Shown one piece after another: positions 15,492-29,079 of a stretch of 64,000 bases of DNA (position 1 is its first letter; every line of letters begins with the position of its first letter). The notes under the pieces are model-generated. The model was given only the letters and a program-made list of their open reading frames with translations, did not search any database and was not told the origin of the DNA. The DNA comes from Octopus vulgaris (taxonomy: Eukaryota): contig OX597817.1 in the NCBI GenBank assembly GCA_951406725.2, positions 67,518,001-67,582,000 on the forward strand, given 5' to 3'. The translations under genes and the position numbers were made by a program.

Positions 15492-15767
15492 TTTTGTTAA
15501 AAATGTTGGACATTTTTAACAAAAGTGTCCGACGAACGGGAACGGGAATCTCCGAGTAACAGTTTTTGTTAAATTTCTGCTGCTTTTAAATAAAGCATAT
15601 TACTCTACCTCTGGTATTTGAGTACTCTTTTTTCCACCTTGTTTCACATTTATGTGTTTACTCCGGTATATATATATATATGCCTGTCCGTTTATTGTCA
15701 TAGTATGTGCATTTGCGTATGTATGTATGTATGTATGTATGTATGTATGTATGTATGTATGTATGTA

Positions 15768-15814
<47 letters not shown>

Positions 15815-16277
15815 ATGTATGTATATTTATGCAGGCACGCACGCATGTATGTATGTAAATGCATAATAAAAAAAACAATAGGTGTATAGTTAATAACATA
15901 CAAGATAAATTGTTGATTTATGTAAATCCTCTCCGTTTCCAGAGAAGGCAGACCAATCGCTTGGTGGAAATTGGTACAAAGGAAAAAAGAAGTTAATCTC
16001 AAGAAAATCAAATAATTCTCAATAATTGATATGTTATTAAGGAAATGACAGTCTGATTGTTTGGTAACAGTAGTGGACAAGTGTTTCTCCCTGAATAGAC
16101 GTTAGCAGCACAGCAATTCTCATTGCGTTCAGCAGACGAGCTCACACCAACGAAAAAGAAGAGCATATCTATGGCCTAAGTAATTTGCATAAATAAACAA
16201 AAATGAGCAAAGCGAAACAACATAGAGTAGCCAATTGTATGTATTTGAGCAACGAAGTTGAATAAGAATAGACTGGT

Positions 16278-16893
16278 TTCAAAGTTTTGCACGACGCCAG
16301 CAAACTCGAGAGAAGGGGTCAGTTGATTACATCGGCCCCAGTGCTCAACTGATACTTGATGGATGGATGGAAGCACTCCGTCGGTTACGACGACGAGGGT
16401 TCCGGTTGATCCGACCAACGGAACAGCCTGCTCGTGAAATTAACGTTTAAGTGGCTGAGCACTCCACAGACACGTGTACCCTTAACGTAGTTCTCGGGGA
16501 TATTCAGCGTGACACAGAGAGAGTGACAAGGCCGGCCCTTTGAAATACAGGTACAACAGAAACAGGAAGTAAGAGTGAGAGAAAGTTGTGGTGAAAGAGT
16601 ACAGCAGGGATCACCACCATCCCTGCCGGAGCCTCGTGGAGCTTTAGGTGTTTTCGCTCAATAAACACTTACAACGCCCGGTCTGGGAATCGAAACCGCG
16701 ATCCTACGACCGCGAGTCCGCTACCCTAACCACTGGGCCATTGCGCCTCCACACAACTGATACTTATTTGATTGATATCGAAAGGATGAAAGGCACAGTT
16801 GACCTTAGCAGTATTTGAACTCGGATCATGAAGACTGGCGAAATGCCGCTGAGCATTTGCCCGTTGCCCTAACGATTCTGCCAGCTCGCCACT
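16278..16893 (-). mobile_element. SINE family 2 copy, interrupted by a younger SINE
   Basis: Minus-strand head GGCGAGCTGGCAGAATCGTTAG and GCCTTTCATCCTTTCG core; continues on both sides of the 16358-16753 insertion. Confidence 0.8.
16358..16753 (-). mobile_element. tRNA-derived SINE family 3, full length, 12-bp TSD
   Basis: Head GGAGGCGCAATGGCCCAGTGGTTAGG..GGTTTCGATTCCC, (CATC)n tail; perfect TSD CAACTGATACTT at 16346-16357 and 16754-16765. Confidence 0.92.
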
Positions 16894-16961
16894 TTATACA
16901 GGGACAAATAAGGATATATCAACAAAAAAGACTATCTTGATCCATTAAAATTATTACCGCT

Positions 16962-17050
<89 letters not shown>

Positions 17051-17819
17051 GTATCTATCTATCTATCTGTCTATCTATCTATCTATCTGTCTGTCTGTGT
17101 GTAAGCGAGCGAAAGGGCGAACCTCTTACAGAACCCTTTTAGTAAACGTAATACACGAAACTCTGCCTTTGAGTTTGTAAATTTTGCCGTTTAAAAATAA
17201 CAATGTATGTATGTATGCATGCATGCATGCATATATTAAAACTTTTTTCCGTTTTTAATGGTATAAATACATGTGTGCGTGTGTGTGTGTACTATTAAAA
17301 CGAAAAGGGGTTTTATGAATAAAGAGGACAGACTGGGAGTTGATCGTAGATGGAATGACAGTGGGAAATAATCAGTAAAGGAGTAGGTACAGATGCGTTT
17401 TGGCATAGCGATAGCATAAGAATGTGAAGATATAGACAGTGAGAGAGAGAGAGAAGAGAGAAGAGAGAGAGGAAGTGTAGGTTGAGACTAGCAAGTAAGT
17501 TTAGCAAGAGTGAAAAAGTTTAAACAGAGAGTAAAACTGTGAGCGAGGAAAACAAAATGGGGAGAGCGTTTATAGGGTATTAAGTGAGGGTGAAGAGAGA
17601 GAGAGTTCGAGCAAATGTGAAAAAATAGTAGTAACTAAAGGGGTAGCGAAAAAAGAGAGAGACAGACAGACAGATAAAAAAGTTAAGAGAGTGGGGAAAA
17701 GATAGTAGTGACAAAAGGGTTGGTGAAAGATAGGGAGAAAGAGTAAGAGAGACAGATAGAGAGAAAGAATGAGTGAACGAAAGAGAAACGAGTATGCACG
17801 GGTGAAATAAATAATAAAA

Positions 17820-17965
17820 TTGGGATATTCTGCCATGCCTCTTATCGGCTACCTCCCGCCGTCGCCTCGTCCGCCGACTACTTCCGGGCAACTGTTGATG
17901 CCGGGGGGAGGAGTCGTATTTACATCACCCGCCGCAGGATTTTTTTTCACCGCCATCTTTGAAAA
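17820..17965. promoter_or_regulatory. CpG/GC-rich promoter-like island with ETS and YY1 motifs
   Basis: Dense CpG in apparently unique sequence; ACTTCCGG (ETS/GABP-like, ~17880) and CCGCCATCTT (YY1, ~17950); purine/pyrimidine skew flips across it. Confidence 0.6.
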
Positions 17966-20143
17966 CATCAACAACAACTATAACAACGACTATCATTATA
18001 ACAATAAAGTACAGCATATAAGCAAAAGAGCTTCCTTTCTTTTCCCTCTCTTTTCTAGTCAACTTTTTGTGTTCAGTTTTTTTTCGATGAACTTTTTTCT
18101 TCTTTTCTTCCTTCCTTCATTTACTGCAGTTCCATCGCTTTCTTTCTCCCACACTTTATCTCCCATTCGTTTTTTCCTCCTCCCCTAATTTTCAATTTAC
18201 TCTACTATACTTTCTCCATTCCTTCTCTTTCTAACACTCTGCTAACTTACGCTTTCATTCCTCCCCTTTCTCTCTCTCTCTTTCTTTTCCATTCTTTCTC
18301 TCTCTTTTTAACTTACTTTTTCTTTCCATCTTTCTCTCTCTCTTTCTAACTTAGTCTTTCCCTTCTCCTCTTCCCCTCTGTTGTTAACCCAGACGTTCTG
18401 CCTTCCTCTTCCTCGCTCGCTTAGTAACTTTCTCTCTCTTTCTTACTTAGTATTTCTACCTCCCACTTCCTTTCTTGTTCTTTACCAAGTCTTGCTGTCT
18501 CCTTCTTCTCCTTTTTTTCTGTTTATCAGTCTGTTTTGCTCTCTCTCTCTTACTCTTTCTTTCCGCCTCAACCCATCTCTTTCTAACTTACCTTTTCTCT
18601 CACTCTCTTACCTCATTCTTTAGTAGTTCTCCCTAGCACTCTTCCTCTCACTGTTTAGCTTAGTCTTTCGTTCATCCCACTTCCCCCTCTCTTGTCCGGC
18701 CTGTATCGCTGTCTTTTCCATTTCTGAGTTTTCACGTTTGCCTAGGATAAGTTTTTTTTTATATGCTGTCTCATCTGGATGTTTCGCCTAGGACGGGAGT
18801 GATATATTATTACATTGGAGGAAGCAGGTAAACTAAAGTAATTTTGCCTTCATTTTTGTTTTCTCCTTTCTATTATTATTATTTTATTTTTATAATATCA
18901 ACACCGGGTCCCAACTTCAATACATTCTTTGTATTTATTTTGGGAACTGTTGTTGTTATTGGTTATAATCATGACAACAACAATAACAATCCTACCACGA
19001 CCTCCACAACCACCACCATCATCATCATCGTCATCACAATTATAAGCAATAATTAATTAAAAATACGATGACAAGTCGACGCGGGAGACGTTTTCATACA
19101 CACGGTTACTTCGCCTGCTAGAAATAGCAGCCGTATTTCCACCCGAATCGTAACAGTTTACTATCTTGAAATAAAAGGAAAAGAAACGGAAACTTTATAG
19201 GATGTAATTTCTGTGTTTCTAGAGAAACGATAAGAGGTGATAGTCACACTGCTCTAATGTTTTTGGATCATAGGTCACATCTCGATCAGGTCTACTAACA
19301 TCGGTCTAAAACAACACAATAATATACCTTTATATATATATATATATAAGTGGACTTCTCGCAATAGCAGTTACACACACACACACATACATACACACAT
19401 ACATACATCATACATACATACATACATACATACATACATACATACATACATACATACATACATACCTTGTCCCCTTCGTTACCGCTTGTTTACTCTCGAA
19501 TTCCTCAAAATTATTTTTTGAAAAAAATAAACGTCTTCTGATATTTGCATCATAAAATGTTGATAAACGAACTCGAAACTTTTGTCTACGCTTCTTAAGA
19601 TGATTTTATCGTCTCCCAACTTCATATCTAATTCTTGAATTTTCTTTTTTAGTCCATTTGCAGTGTTCTTGTGTGTAAAGAGATCAATGTATATTTTTTT
19701 TTATTTAGTATATATATGAATACTAATACTCACTCGCGCATATATATATACATAAATATATTGCTCTACCTAAATTTATCTCTGTTAATCTATATTTTCA
19801 TATATCTGTTTTCCATACATCATCTCATGTGTTTGGTTGTCTTTCTATATGTCTATCTTTTTCTGTCTAATAATGTATATACTTCATTATACCTGTTCCT
19901 ATATTTACTTGTTCTACTATTAATTATTTCATAAGTAGAATCAGTGGAGCAACGGATGGAATGTCTTCCATTAGTTTTGTCGCTTTACGTTCTGAGTTCA
20001 AACTCAATTCATTGTCGCTTGACACTTCATATACCCTGGATCGATTAAATAAAGTACGAGTCACGTACTCGGTCGTTATAATAAACTGCCCCCCTCCACT
20101 CCAATATGTGACCTTGTACCCCTCCTACCTATCTCTCTCTCCC

Positions 20144-20174
<31 letters not shown>

Positions 20175-20559
20175 GTGTGTGTGTAAAGTGTTTATATATA
20201 GTCAAACTATAGAATTACTATAGTTTTATTCCCTCTCTCTCTCTCATCTCATTTTCTCTCACATTTTCACACACACTTGTATACATATATATATATAGAG
20301 AGAGAGTGTGTGTGTATGGGTATGTGAAAGCATTAGTCCAGCGTGGCCCCTTGATGGCCCAGACAAATTAAAGAACATGTCACCAGAACGAATGTAGAAG
20401 TGCGATGGAATGACTGACCAAATTAGAACGAATAAATTCCAATCTGTATTAAGTACACACACACATATACAGTCCTAGATACATACATAAAGACAGTATA
20501 ATATAAACATTACAAAACCGAGTCCCTGTCTGTGTGTGTGTATATGTATATATATATAT

Positions 20560-20594
<35 letters not shown>

Positions 20595-23500
20595 ATGCGT
20601 GTGGTGTAAATATACATGTATAGATGAACTTTATGAAAATTAACGCGTATATATTATTTGCATGCATAATTTGATATAAACATTCCCAAAAGTATGCATG
20701 TGTGTAAATTATATCATACACGTATGCATATATATAAGCATAATATGCACATATGTAGATAAATATAGGCACGACACGATTATAAACATTACAACTATAT
20801 ATATATATATATATATAGTTGTAATGTTTATATTTTCTTCTTTTGTATCCCCGAGATTTATCCGTTTGGTAGAATCTTGACCCTCTAAAATTCCTTCACT
20901 CACATCTAACAACTCTTGTACTGGTTATAACCACAGTTGATGATAGTTATTGTGAGTGAATTCTTCCTTTCACTGAAAAACTTCCTAACCAAAATAATTT
21001 TACCCCCTCGCCCGAATAATTTCTACTACTCCTATTTGTACATGACTTTACTGCAGTACTTCTCTCATTTCTCTCCCACCCCGCATTTTCTTTTACCCTT
21101 AATACTTTATTCAACATTTTTTTTCTGCATGGACATTTAAATTCTCATGAGGTGGGAGGGACAACGAGGCGAACGAAGGCGGGAGATGTCTGCAGCGACC
21201 CTGTCTCTCTCCTGCTTATTTGCCATTCAGGATAAGGTCTTGTTATTGCTTAAAAGCTCCAGGTTAACTCTTGATCGACCACTCAGTAGACCTATATTCA
21301 CTGCTGATTGAAAGCGTTCTAGCCGTGACCATCACGTGCACTTTGTACTCAACGATCCCGTCATAGAACGCGTTCTTCTCTCCTAAGATTGATTATAAGT
21401 GTGTGACTTTCGGGGAATTTGGCTGCTATTTCTTGCAGATCGAGTGACTGAATTTTTGCTTCCTCCTTCGTCTGGTATAGTCTAGTTTGCATGCGAGAGG
21501 GAGAGACTGAAACACACTCCCATGCTAACTGCAATCACACCAGTGAACCCTGAATTTTTTGTTTGTCGCAGGCTTCGTCACTATGTATAAGGCTATGTAC
21601 AGACTGGCTCTCCAAACACGTGCAATGCAACATCTCGCAAAAACTTACCTGTGTATATTTATATATTAAATGAATTCACATACACACACATCATTGTCCA
21701 ATTTTTTTTTACGACACACGTACAGATGTGTGGGGATTCAAGTCTGCTAATAGATTTTTTACGGCCTTTAACTTAGAAGCACGTGTTTGTGTTTCACTTG
21801 AAGTAATTCAACCTTTCTTCTACTCTTCCCCCCACTCTCTCTCTCTCTCTTGTTAAAAAGTATGATTTGCTGTTGGTGGTGATTGGGAATATTTTTAGAC
21901 GAAAGTGTGCATTATGTTTATATTTAGTAATGTATATAATTCGTATTTAGCGTTGCATATTTCCGTTGTTGTTGATAAACAAATAGAACTTGTTTACTGA
22001 TTCATGTCAGTCACTGAATATTGTTTTATATGTGATTACACACGCATAAATATGCATTATATATATATATATATTTACACAGTCATATGAACATACTTAC
22101 TCATAGATATGCATATGTATATATATTCATACATATGCACACACACACACATATATATATTATACATATATACTAACACGCACACTCGCATACACACAAT
22201 TGCTTAGTGTGATGATGGCTGGTTCGCGGACTTAATGCTGAAGTTGTAACTATATCCCGAGCGAGTTCGTGACCCATTAATTTTCATAACTTAACGTTTG
22301 ATTACATTTATCCGTGTGACATTGGATTTTATGTATCGAGAATATTTTAATTCATGTGGCATGCCTACATGTGTCGGCAGCATTGTACCTCCTCCCACCC
22401 TACTCCAAGATGCAACATAGTACATCTTTTATTGTATGGAACTCGAAATATACATGATATACAGTATAGTGTTACATATATATTGTAGAGCTTAACACGA
22501 TTTAATTATTGTTGGTGAATTGAAATATGCATTCATTATATATATATATTCACCGATTGAATCATTGAGAATAGCGATTATTTGAGGATAGAGAAATTAA
22601 CTTTTTTTTCAAGTCGAAAATGTAAATTGTTAAAGTGCAAAGCGGAATAAATGATTTAATTCCTCTTTGCTCTTTGACCCTATCGATCGATAGGGGCTTT
22701 GAGATATTTCACTTATGATTCTACTTTCTAAAATAAAATATAGAGAAAAAATGTTTACTTTATAAATACAGGAAACTGTTTTATCCATTAATTGTGAAGT
22801 CGCTTCGCCTTTTCTTTCCAATACTGCTCCTGGTTAATTCAATTAGTTATTTATTCAATCGTATCAAACTAGCTTATCTATCTAACATTTAAGTTTGTCA
22901 CGCATACATTGATATTCAATATTTCACGAATAATCTACCTTACTTTCTGAGCCGTGTCAGCCTACCCTTTCTTTTTTCAAGTTTGTCAAAAGAAGGTCCA
23001 TTTAATTCTAAACTCCCCTCTCTCTTTTTAAGGAAAAAGCATTTATTTTATTTTCACCTCTTTAAACGTCCTTATTTTGGCCCGATTTCCTTATTCGTCA
23101 CGTTAAAATAATTTATTCCACTTTGCAAACTTTTCCCTTTACTACTTCGCAGGTGCAAACCGTCTCTAAGTACCCTTACTGCTTTAGCATTGATCGAATG
23201 AACCTATTGCTGACAGGCGCACCATTTGTGACCATCCAATCTTTTTTTTTGTTGTTTTTTTCAGATATACATTATTATATTGCTATAGCACCAATAAGTA
23301 TTTTTTTAAGCATTACATTATCCTATGTTTCTTTTAAAAAATGGTTTGATGTGATTTGCGAGCTATTTCTGGCAGTTTGAACGCCAGTGCATAGATCTCC
23401 TCCTCTTCACATGTTTGTTTGTGTTGGATATCGAAGCACATAAAGCTATAAACAATAGCATATAAATAATAGGCTGAAAAACCCTTTTGGATTGGAGAAG

Positions 23501-24278
23501 TCGAAGGCTGCCCGTTATATCCTTACTTGTTCAAACAAGCAGAATATGAGAAATGAAGTTTTAAAAAATGCGGAGTGGATACATGAAATGAAGATTTATA
23601 TAAATTTCAAAATATTTTCTGTGAAATTTTCAACTTAATTTATGTTTGTGTCTATGCGTATGTGTGTGCATATAAACGTTTTGTATGTATGTGTGTACAT
23701 ATATATTTGTGTGTATTTGTGTTCATTATAGTTGATCCGATACCAGTTTGCCTGTCTATTCTTTTGTAACTGTATCTAATTTGACACTTTAAGCGTATTT
23801 GAATCGAATAATTTTTCCAAATGTTAAAACTGTTGAACATCAACGATATGACAAGCTTTTCACTTGATATCAAATATTCTCACCCACCCCAACTCTCAGT
23901 AACTAACTCTTAACTGAAACTCATCACTCGCATTGCGCAGCTCTAACAAACTAATAGGAAAGGAGGGCTACGAAGATGTTGGTGACTCGTCAGCCCTTTC
24001 CTTCCAGATTCTTCATTCCTTCACATATTTGATGATTTCTGGTGCCTTTCATATATTTGTTTGCTTATTTATATCTTTTATATTTTACTTGTTTCAGTGA
24101 TTAGATTTGCGGCCATGCTTAGGGCACCGCATTCAAGGGTAGGTTTAATTGTCAGAATCGATTCTCAAATTCCCCCAATCTTTTCCAGTAGTCAGTGGAT
24201 CCCCTCCTCGTCCTGTTTTGTCATTTCATGTTTTATGTAAGCCCTTGTGGCGGCTAATAAGAAAATTATTATTATTAA

Positions 24279-24697
24279 GGCGGCGAGCTGGCAGAAACGT
24301 TAGCGCGCCGGGCGAAATGCTTAGCGGTATTTCGTATGTCGATACGTTCTGAGTTCAAATTCCGCCGAGGTCGACTTTGCCTTTCATCCTTTCGGGGTCG
24401 ATTAAATAAGTACCAGTTACGCACTGGGTTCGATATAATCGATTTAATCCGTTTGTCTGTCCCCTCTGTGTGTAGCCTCTTGTGGGCAGTAAAGAAATAA
24501 GAATCGTTAGCACTCTGATCAGAATGCTTAGCGGCATGTCCGTCTGCACGTTCTGAGTTCAAATTCCACCGAGGTCGACTTTGCCATTCATTCTTTCGGG
24601 GTTCGATAAATGAAGTACCAGTGACACACTGGAGATCAATGTGATCGACTAGTCCCCTTTCCTCTAAATTTTAGGCCTTGTGCCTTTAATAGAAAGA
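24279..24697 (+). mobile_element. SINE family 2, tandem pair (24279-24498 and 24499-24697)
   Basis: GGCGGCGAGCTGGCAGAAACGTTAGC..GAGTTCAAATTCC..GCCTTTCATCCTTTCGGGGTCGA..AAGTACCAG; the two units have different 3' tails; (ATT)n flanks. Confidence 0.9.
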
Positions 24698-25258
24698 ATT
24701 ATTGTTATTATTATTATTGTCATCATCGTCATACGATTTGCTTTATTTCCCCTCATATAAACCACGTTTTCGTAATAAGTCTCTCCGCTCATTTGACATT
24801 TATCCCAACCCATTTGTAGTTACCATTTGCATGTCTTGACACCTATATACATACATGCATGAATACGTATATATACATACATTCCCTAACACACATACAA
24901 CACCCTGAAATGTATACAAACACACACTTGTATATTATAATATATATATAATATATTATGTATGTATGTATGTAATGTAATATAACATACATTATGTATA
25001 GGATATATATCTTATATACGTAATCTAATGTATATATATATATATTATATAGATGTATGTCCTCCGATATATACCTGTATATGCATACACACACTCGCCC
25101 GTCAAATATGTTTATATAAACGTTCTCGTTATTTTGTTTTGTTATGATTTTCGTATTTCATTATTTTTTTTAAATGTCTACTTTTTTTCACTTGGCTTTT
25201 CTTTTTATTTCATTGAATCTATTAAATAAATAAAAGTATGTGTTTTTTTTTTTCATAG

Positions 25259-25390
25259 ACACCCACCCCCACCGTTGCGTAAAACTAGAAAATCCAATTT
25301 CTTCATGAAATTGGAGAACCGACCTAGTTTTTTCAGTCGAAAACCCTAAAAAATGTTTGCTTGGAAACTCAAGTGAAATAGCATGGCAGG
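25259..25390 (+). other. Candidate internal (probably 5' UTR) exon
   Basis: Strong acceptor T11-CATAG, donor AGG|GTTGGT; unique sequence; stops in all three frames. Confidence 0.35.
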
Positions 25391-25477
25391 GTTGGTTGGT
25401 TGGTTAAATTCAGTTTCGGTTATGAAGGCTTCGCTGGCACGTTTTTTATATATATACTGTATGTGTTGTTTTATGTA

Positions 25478-25508
<31 letters not shown>

Positions 25509-26249
25509 AATTGTGTGTGCGTGCATGTGTTTCTGCACGCTCACACACAGATTTCTCTTCGTCTTAAGATTTCATTTAACTTCCTCACTATATATATATA
25601 TATATATCCATACACACATGTTTATATATAATATATGTTTTGAATGCTTGTGTTTAAAGTTTAAATTTTTAGATAGACAGCTAGATATACCCGACCTGTC
25701 TGTCTCTATATGTATATGTGTATATATACATTACACACACACATACACATTCTGTATATATGTACAGAAGATTTCTATTACTCCGTTTTATTTCTATAGC
25801 TATATATGGATTTTTTTTTTTTTTTACTTTTCCTCCTTTTCCATAATAGTTTGTTTTACGGGTTGGCGACGACGAAGTAGCGATCTTCTTTACAGCCATT
25901 CTACCTGCTAGAAACAACAGCAGTAACTAATCAATTCTCCCTCGAATTACTTTTGTTTTGAGTAATGGTTTCTGATTTTAAACACATTTGAGGGAAGGGT
26001 GGTTAGGCGATACCGTCGATTCAAGTCACTACATGACTGGTGCTTCCTTATATTGACCCCGAAATGAGGGAACGCAAAGTTGACTCCGGATGGGGTTTAG
26101 ACTACCGTTTTAGATAATAAACAAATGAACTAAAATGATGGGTCGATCGATCGGTGTTGTAAAAAATCTTTCGATCTCTTCATATTTGAAATTGTTTGCT
26201 TGCGATGTATGTATGAAAAAAAAAAGTTTAAGAAACAAAAAAATTTCTT

Positions 26250-26705
26250 TTAGATTACATGCGTTGACTGGATGGTACAAACTTTGCTTTCCAACCACAT
26301 GGTTTCGGATTCAAGCCACACTGCGTTGCCCCATAGGCGAGTTTTTCCCAGTGAATGGATTTGGTAGACGGAAACCGAAAGAAGCCCGTCGTGTATGTGT
26401 GCGTATGTATGAGAGGTAGAGAGGAGGTGTTTGGCAACTGGTGTTAGTTTGTTTACGTTATCATAACCTTGGTGGTTTGGCAAAGGGACCGATAGAATAA
26501 GTACGGGATTTTAAAGAAATGTACTGGGTTTGGCGAAAGTAAAGAATACATACACCCAGTGTTTAGGGTTAGGGTTTTTGTTACGCCGAAAACTGATGGT
26601 GTACGTATTCTTCACCTCCGCCCTGGGTTTTATTTGTTCGACTAAAACTCTTGAAAGTAGTGGTATCCCAGCATGGCCGCAGCCCAATGACTGAAACAAG
26701 TAAAA
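26250..26705 (+). mobile_element. SINE family 1, diverged, interrupted by a MITE
   Basis: CCAACCACATGG..GGATTTGGTAGACGGAAAC..GACCGATAGAATAAGTAC..CCAGCATGGCCGCAG..GACTGAAACAAGTAAAA. Confidence 0.8.
26532..26622. mobile_element. 91-bp GG-terminal MITE with 8-bp TSD (Merlin-like)
   Basis: TIRs GGCGAAAGTAAAGAATACATACACC / GGTGTACGTATTCTTCACCTCCGCC; perfect TSD CTGGGTTT at 26524-31 and 26623-30; internal TTAGGGTTAGGG. Confidence 0.85.
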
Positions 26706-27184
26706 TATTTTTTTAAAGTAAAGGTAACAGATAGATTCTGTACCTTAACGGTTATTTCTGCAATACCCACTTTGAACTGTAATGGTCCCTTCTAAAAAGC
26801 TAAATTTTCTTCAAATCAACGTCTTATATCTAAAGTGAGACACATTGGTTCATGTAATACTAGTGTAGTGTAACAGGATGGTTGGTCATGACTAGACAGA
26901 CTTTGCTCATAAAGTTTTATTCGATGAGATCTGACACACACGCAGAGAGTACCTTCAACTACTGCTGCTGCTGCTGCTGTTGTTACTGTGTTGATTCACT
27001 GCATCTAGTGAGAACTTGTGAGTTAGTATGTTTCTTCTTCCCCCACCACTCTACATATTTTGATGGGGTGATTTGGCAGGGTTACAAAACTGGAAAAGTC
27101 GTCAGACAACCCTTTTAAGACTAGACACAGCCTGGACAAAATTATTCATATTAGTCTGTATGTGTGTGCATGCATGTATGTATG

Positions 27185-27232
<48 letters not shown>

Positions 27233-27236
<4 letters not shown>

Positions 27237-27305
27237 TCCCGGGTTGAGTCGAGGTTAACCACAGTAAATAAGTTCTAGTCCTGTAGAAGCTCCTTCTATA
27301 AAATA
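27233..27305 (+). repeat. Repeat family D copy in (TA)n
   Basis: Matches 12345-12487 in reverse orientation. Confidence 0.6.
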
Positions 27306-27316
27306 AAAAAAATAAA

Positions 27317-27387
<71 letters not shown>

Positions 27388-27623
27388 ATGTGTGAGTATA
27401 TGTATACATATCTCTGCCTGTGTGTTTATATATTCCTTTCCCCTTTCTCTTTATATATATGCAGGGAGAGGGGGAGAAATATATAAACACACAGGTTTAT
27501 ATATGATTGATTGATTGATTCTAGTTTCAGCTCACGAGCTGTGGCCATGCTGGGGCACCGCCATATGTACGCGCATATTTTATTATTTGTATATGTATCT
27601 ATATGCATATGTTTATATATTAT

Positions 27624-28095
<472 letters not shown>

Positions 28096-28251
28096 ATATC
28101 TGCATTTATGTATGTATTATGTATTGTGTGTGTACGTACGTACATACATACATACATACATACATACATACATACATACATACATACATCATACATACAT
28201 ACATACATACATACATACATACATACATACATACATACATACATACATACA

Positions 28252-28285
<34 letters not shown>

Positions 28286-28702
28286 AGTACAAAGTCTTAC
28301 AGATATCTCGGGAAGATATAGGCTGGTATGGGCGAGCTAACTCCAACCATAGCAATTATCTATACTTCTTTCATCAGAGTTAAGGGATTCAAAGAGTTGT
28401 TAAAATTTTAAGGGATATGATACATTTAAGGATTTTTGAAAAACGAATGCTTAGTCAGACCATACTCTTCATGCAGATGATATAATTAGAATTAAAGGAT
28501 GCTATATATAACAATATTTTAAGATGAATCCATACTATGAAGAGTGACTAGATTAAAATCCTATAGGCTAATTATTCTGAGGGAAGAATTTAAAAGTTGA
28601 AAGATATTTATGTCTACAGGTGCTCCTCCCCTCAATTTTTATATTCCTGAAGCTCCATTAGAGTGCTAATTGGTTGAGTTGTGGATAACTACCATTTACT
28701 CC

Positions 28703-28743
<41 letters not shown>

Positions 28744-29079
28744 CATACTGCAAGTGTTTTTGTTTCAGCATACGATCTCAGATCAAGTCACTTGCTGTGC
28801 AAGTACATTTCTGTATACATGTGTGTGTATTCATGTATGTGTGTATCTTTGACAATTGGTGTTGGTGTAATTTACCTCTCCATACATTAGAAGATTGGTA
28901 AAAGAGACCAATTAAATAAGAACCAAGCTTAAGAAGAATACTAGGATTGATTTGTTCAACTAAAATTCTTCAAGGCAGTGTGTCCCAGAAGGCCACAGTC
29001 TAATAGTTGAAATAAGTAAATGATAAAATATATATTTATATATAAAATATATATATATATATGTGTGTATGTGTGTGTA

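Larger units (their letters stand above)
15118..15666. mobile_element. Repeat family E: two inverted, internally palindromic hammerhead-bearing units (15118-15340, 15421-15666) around (TA)n
   Basis: 15118-15195 is the near-exact reverse complement of 15588-15666; each unit carries a long hairpin (15189-15340; 15421-15595) with a hammerhead motif in each arm. Confidence 0.85.

Noticed and set aside
16680-16753. tRNA-like sequence on the minus strand
   Set aside because: It is the head of a SINE with body, tail and TSD; the cloverleaf is imperfect.
17820-18188. 122-aa + strand ORF across the CpG island
   Set aside because: Runs into (AAC)n and CT low-complexity sequence; no domain; better explained as promoter/UTR.
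22205-22262. GTGATGA...CTGA, resembling a C/D snoRNA
   Set aside because: Boxes are only ~23 nt apart, with no terminal stem, clear second box pair or recognisable rRNA antisense element.
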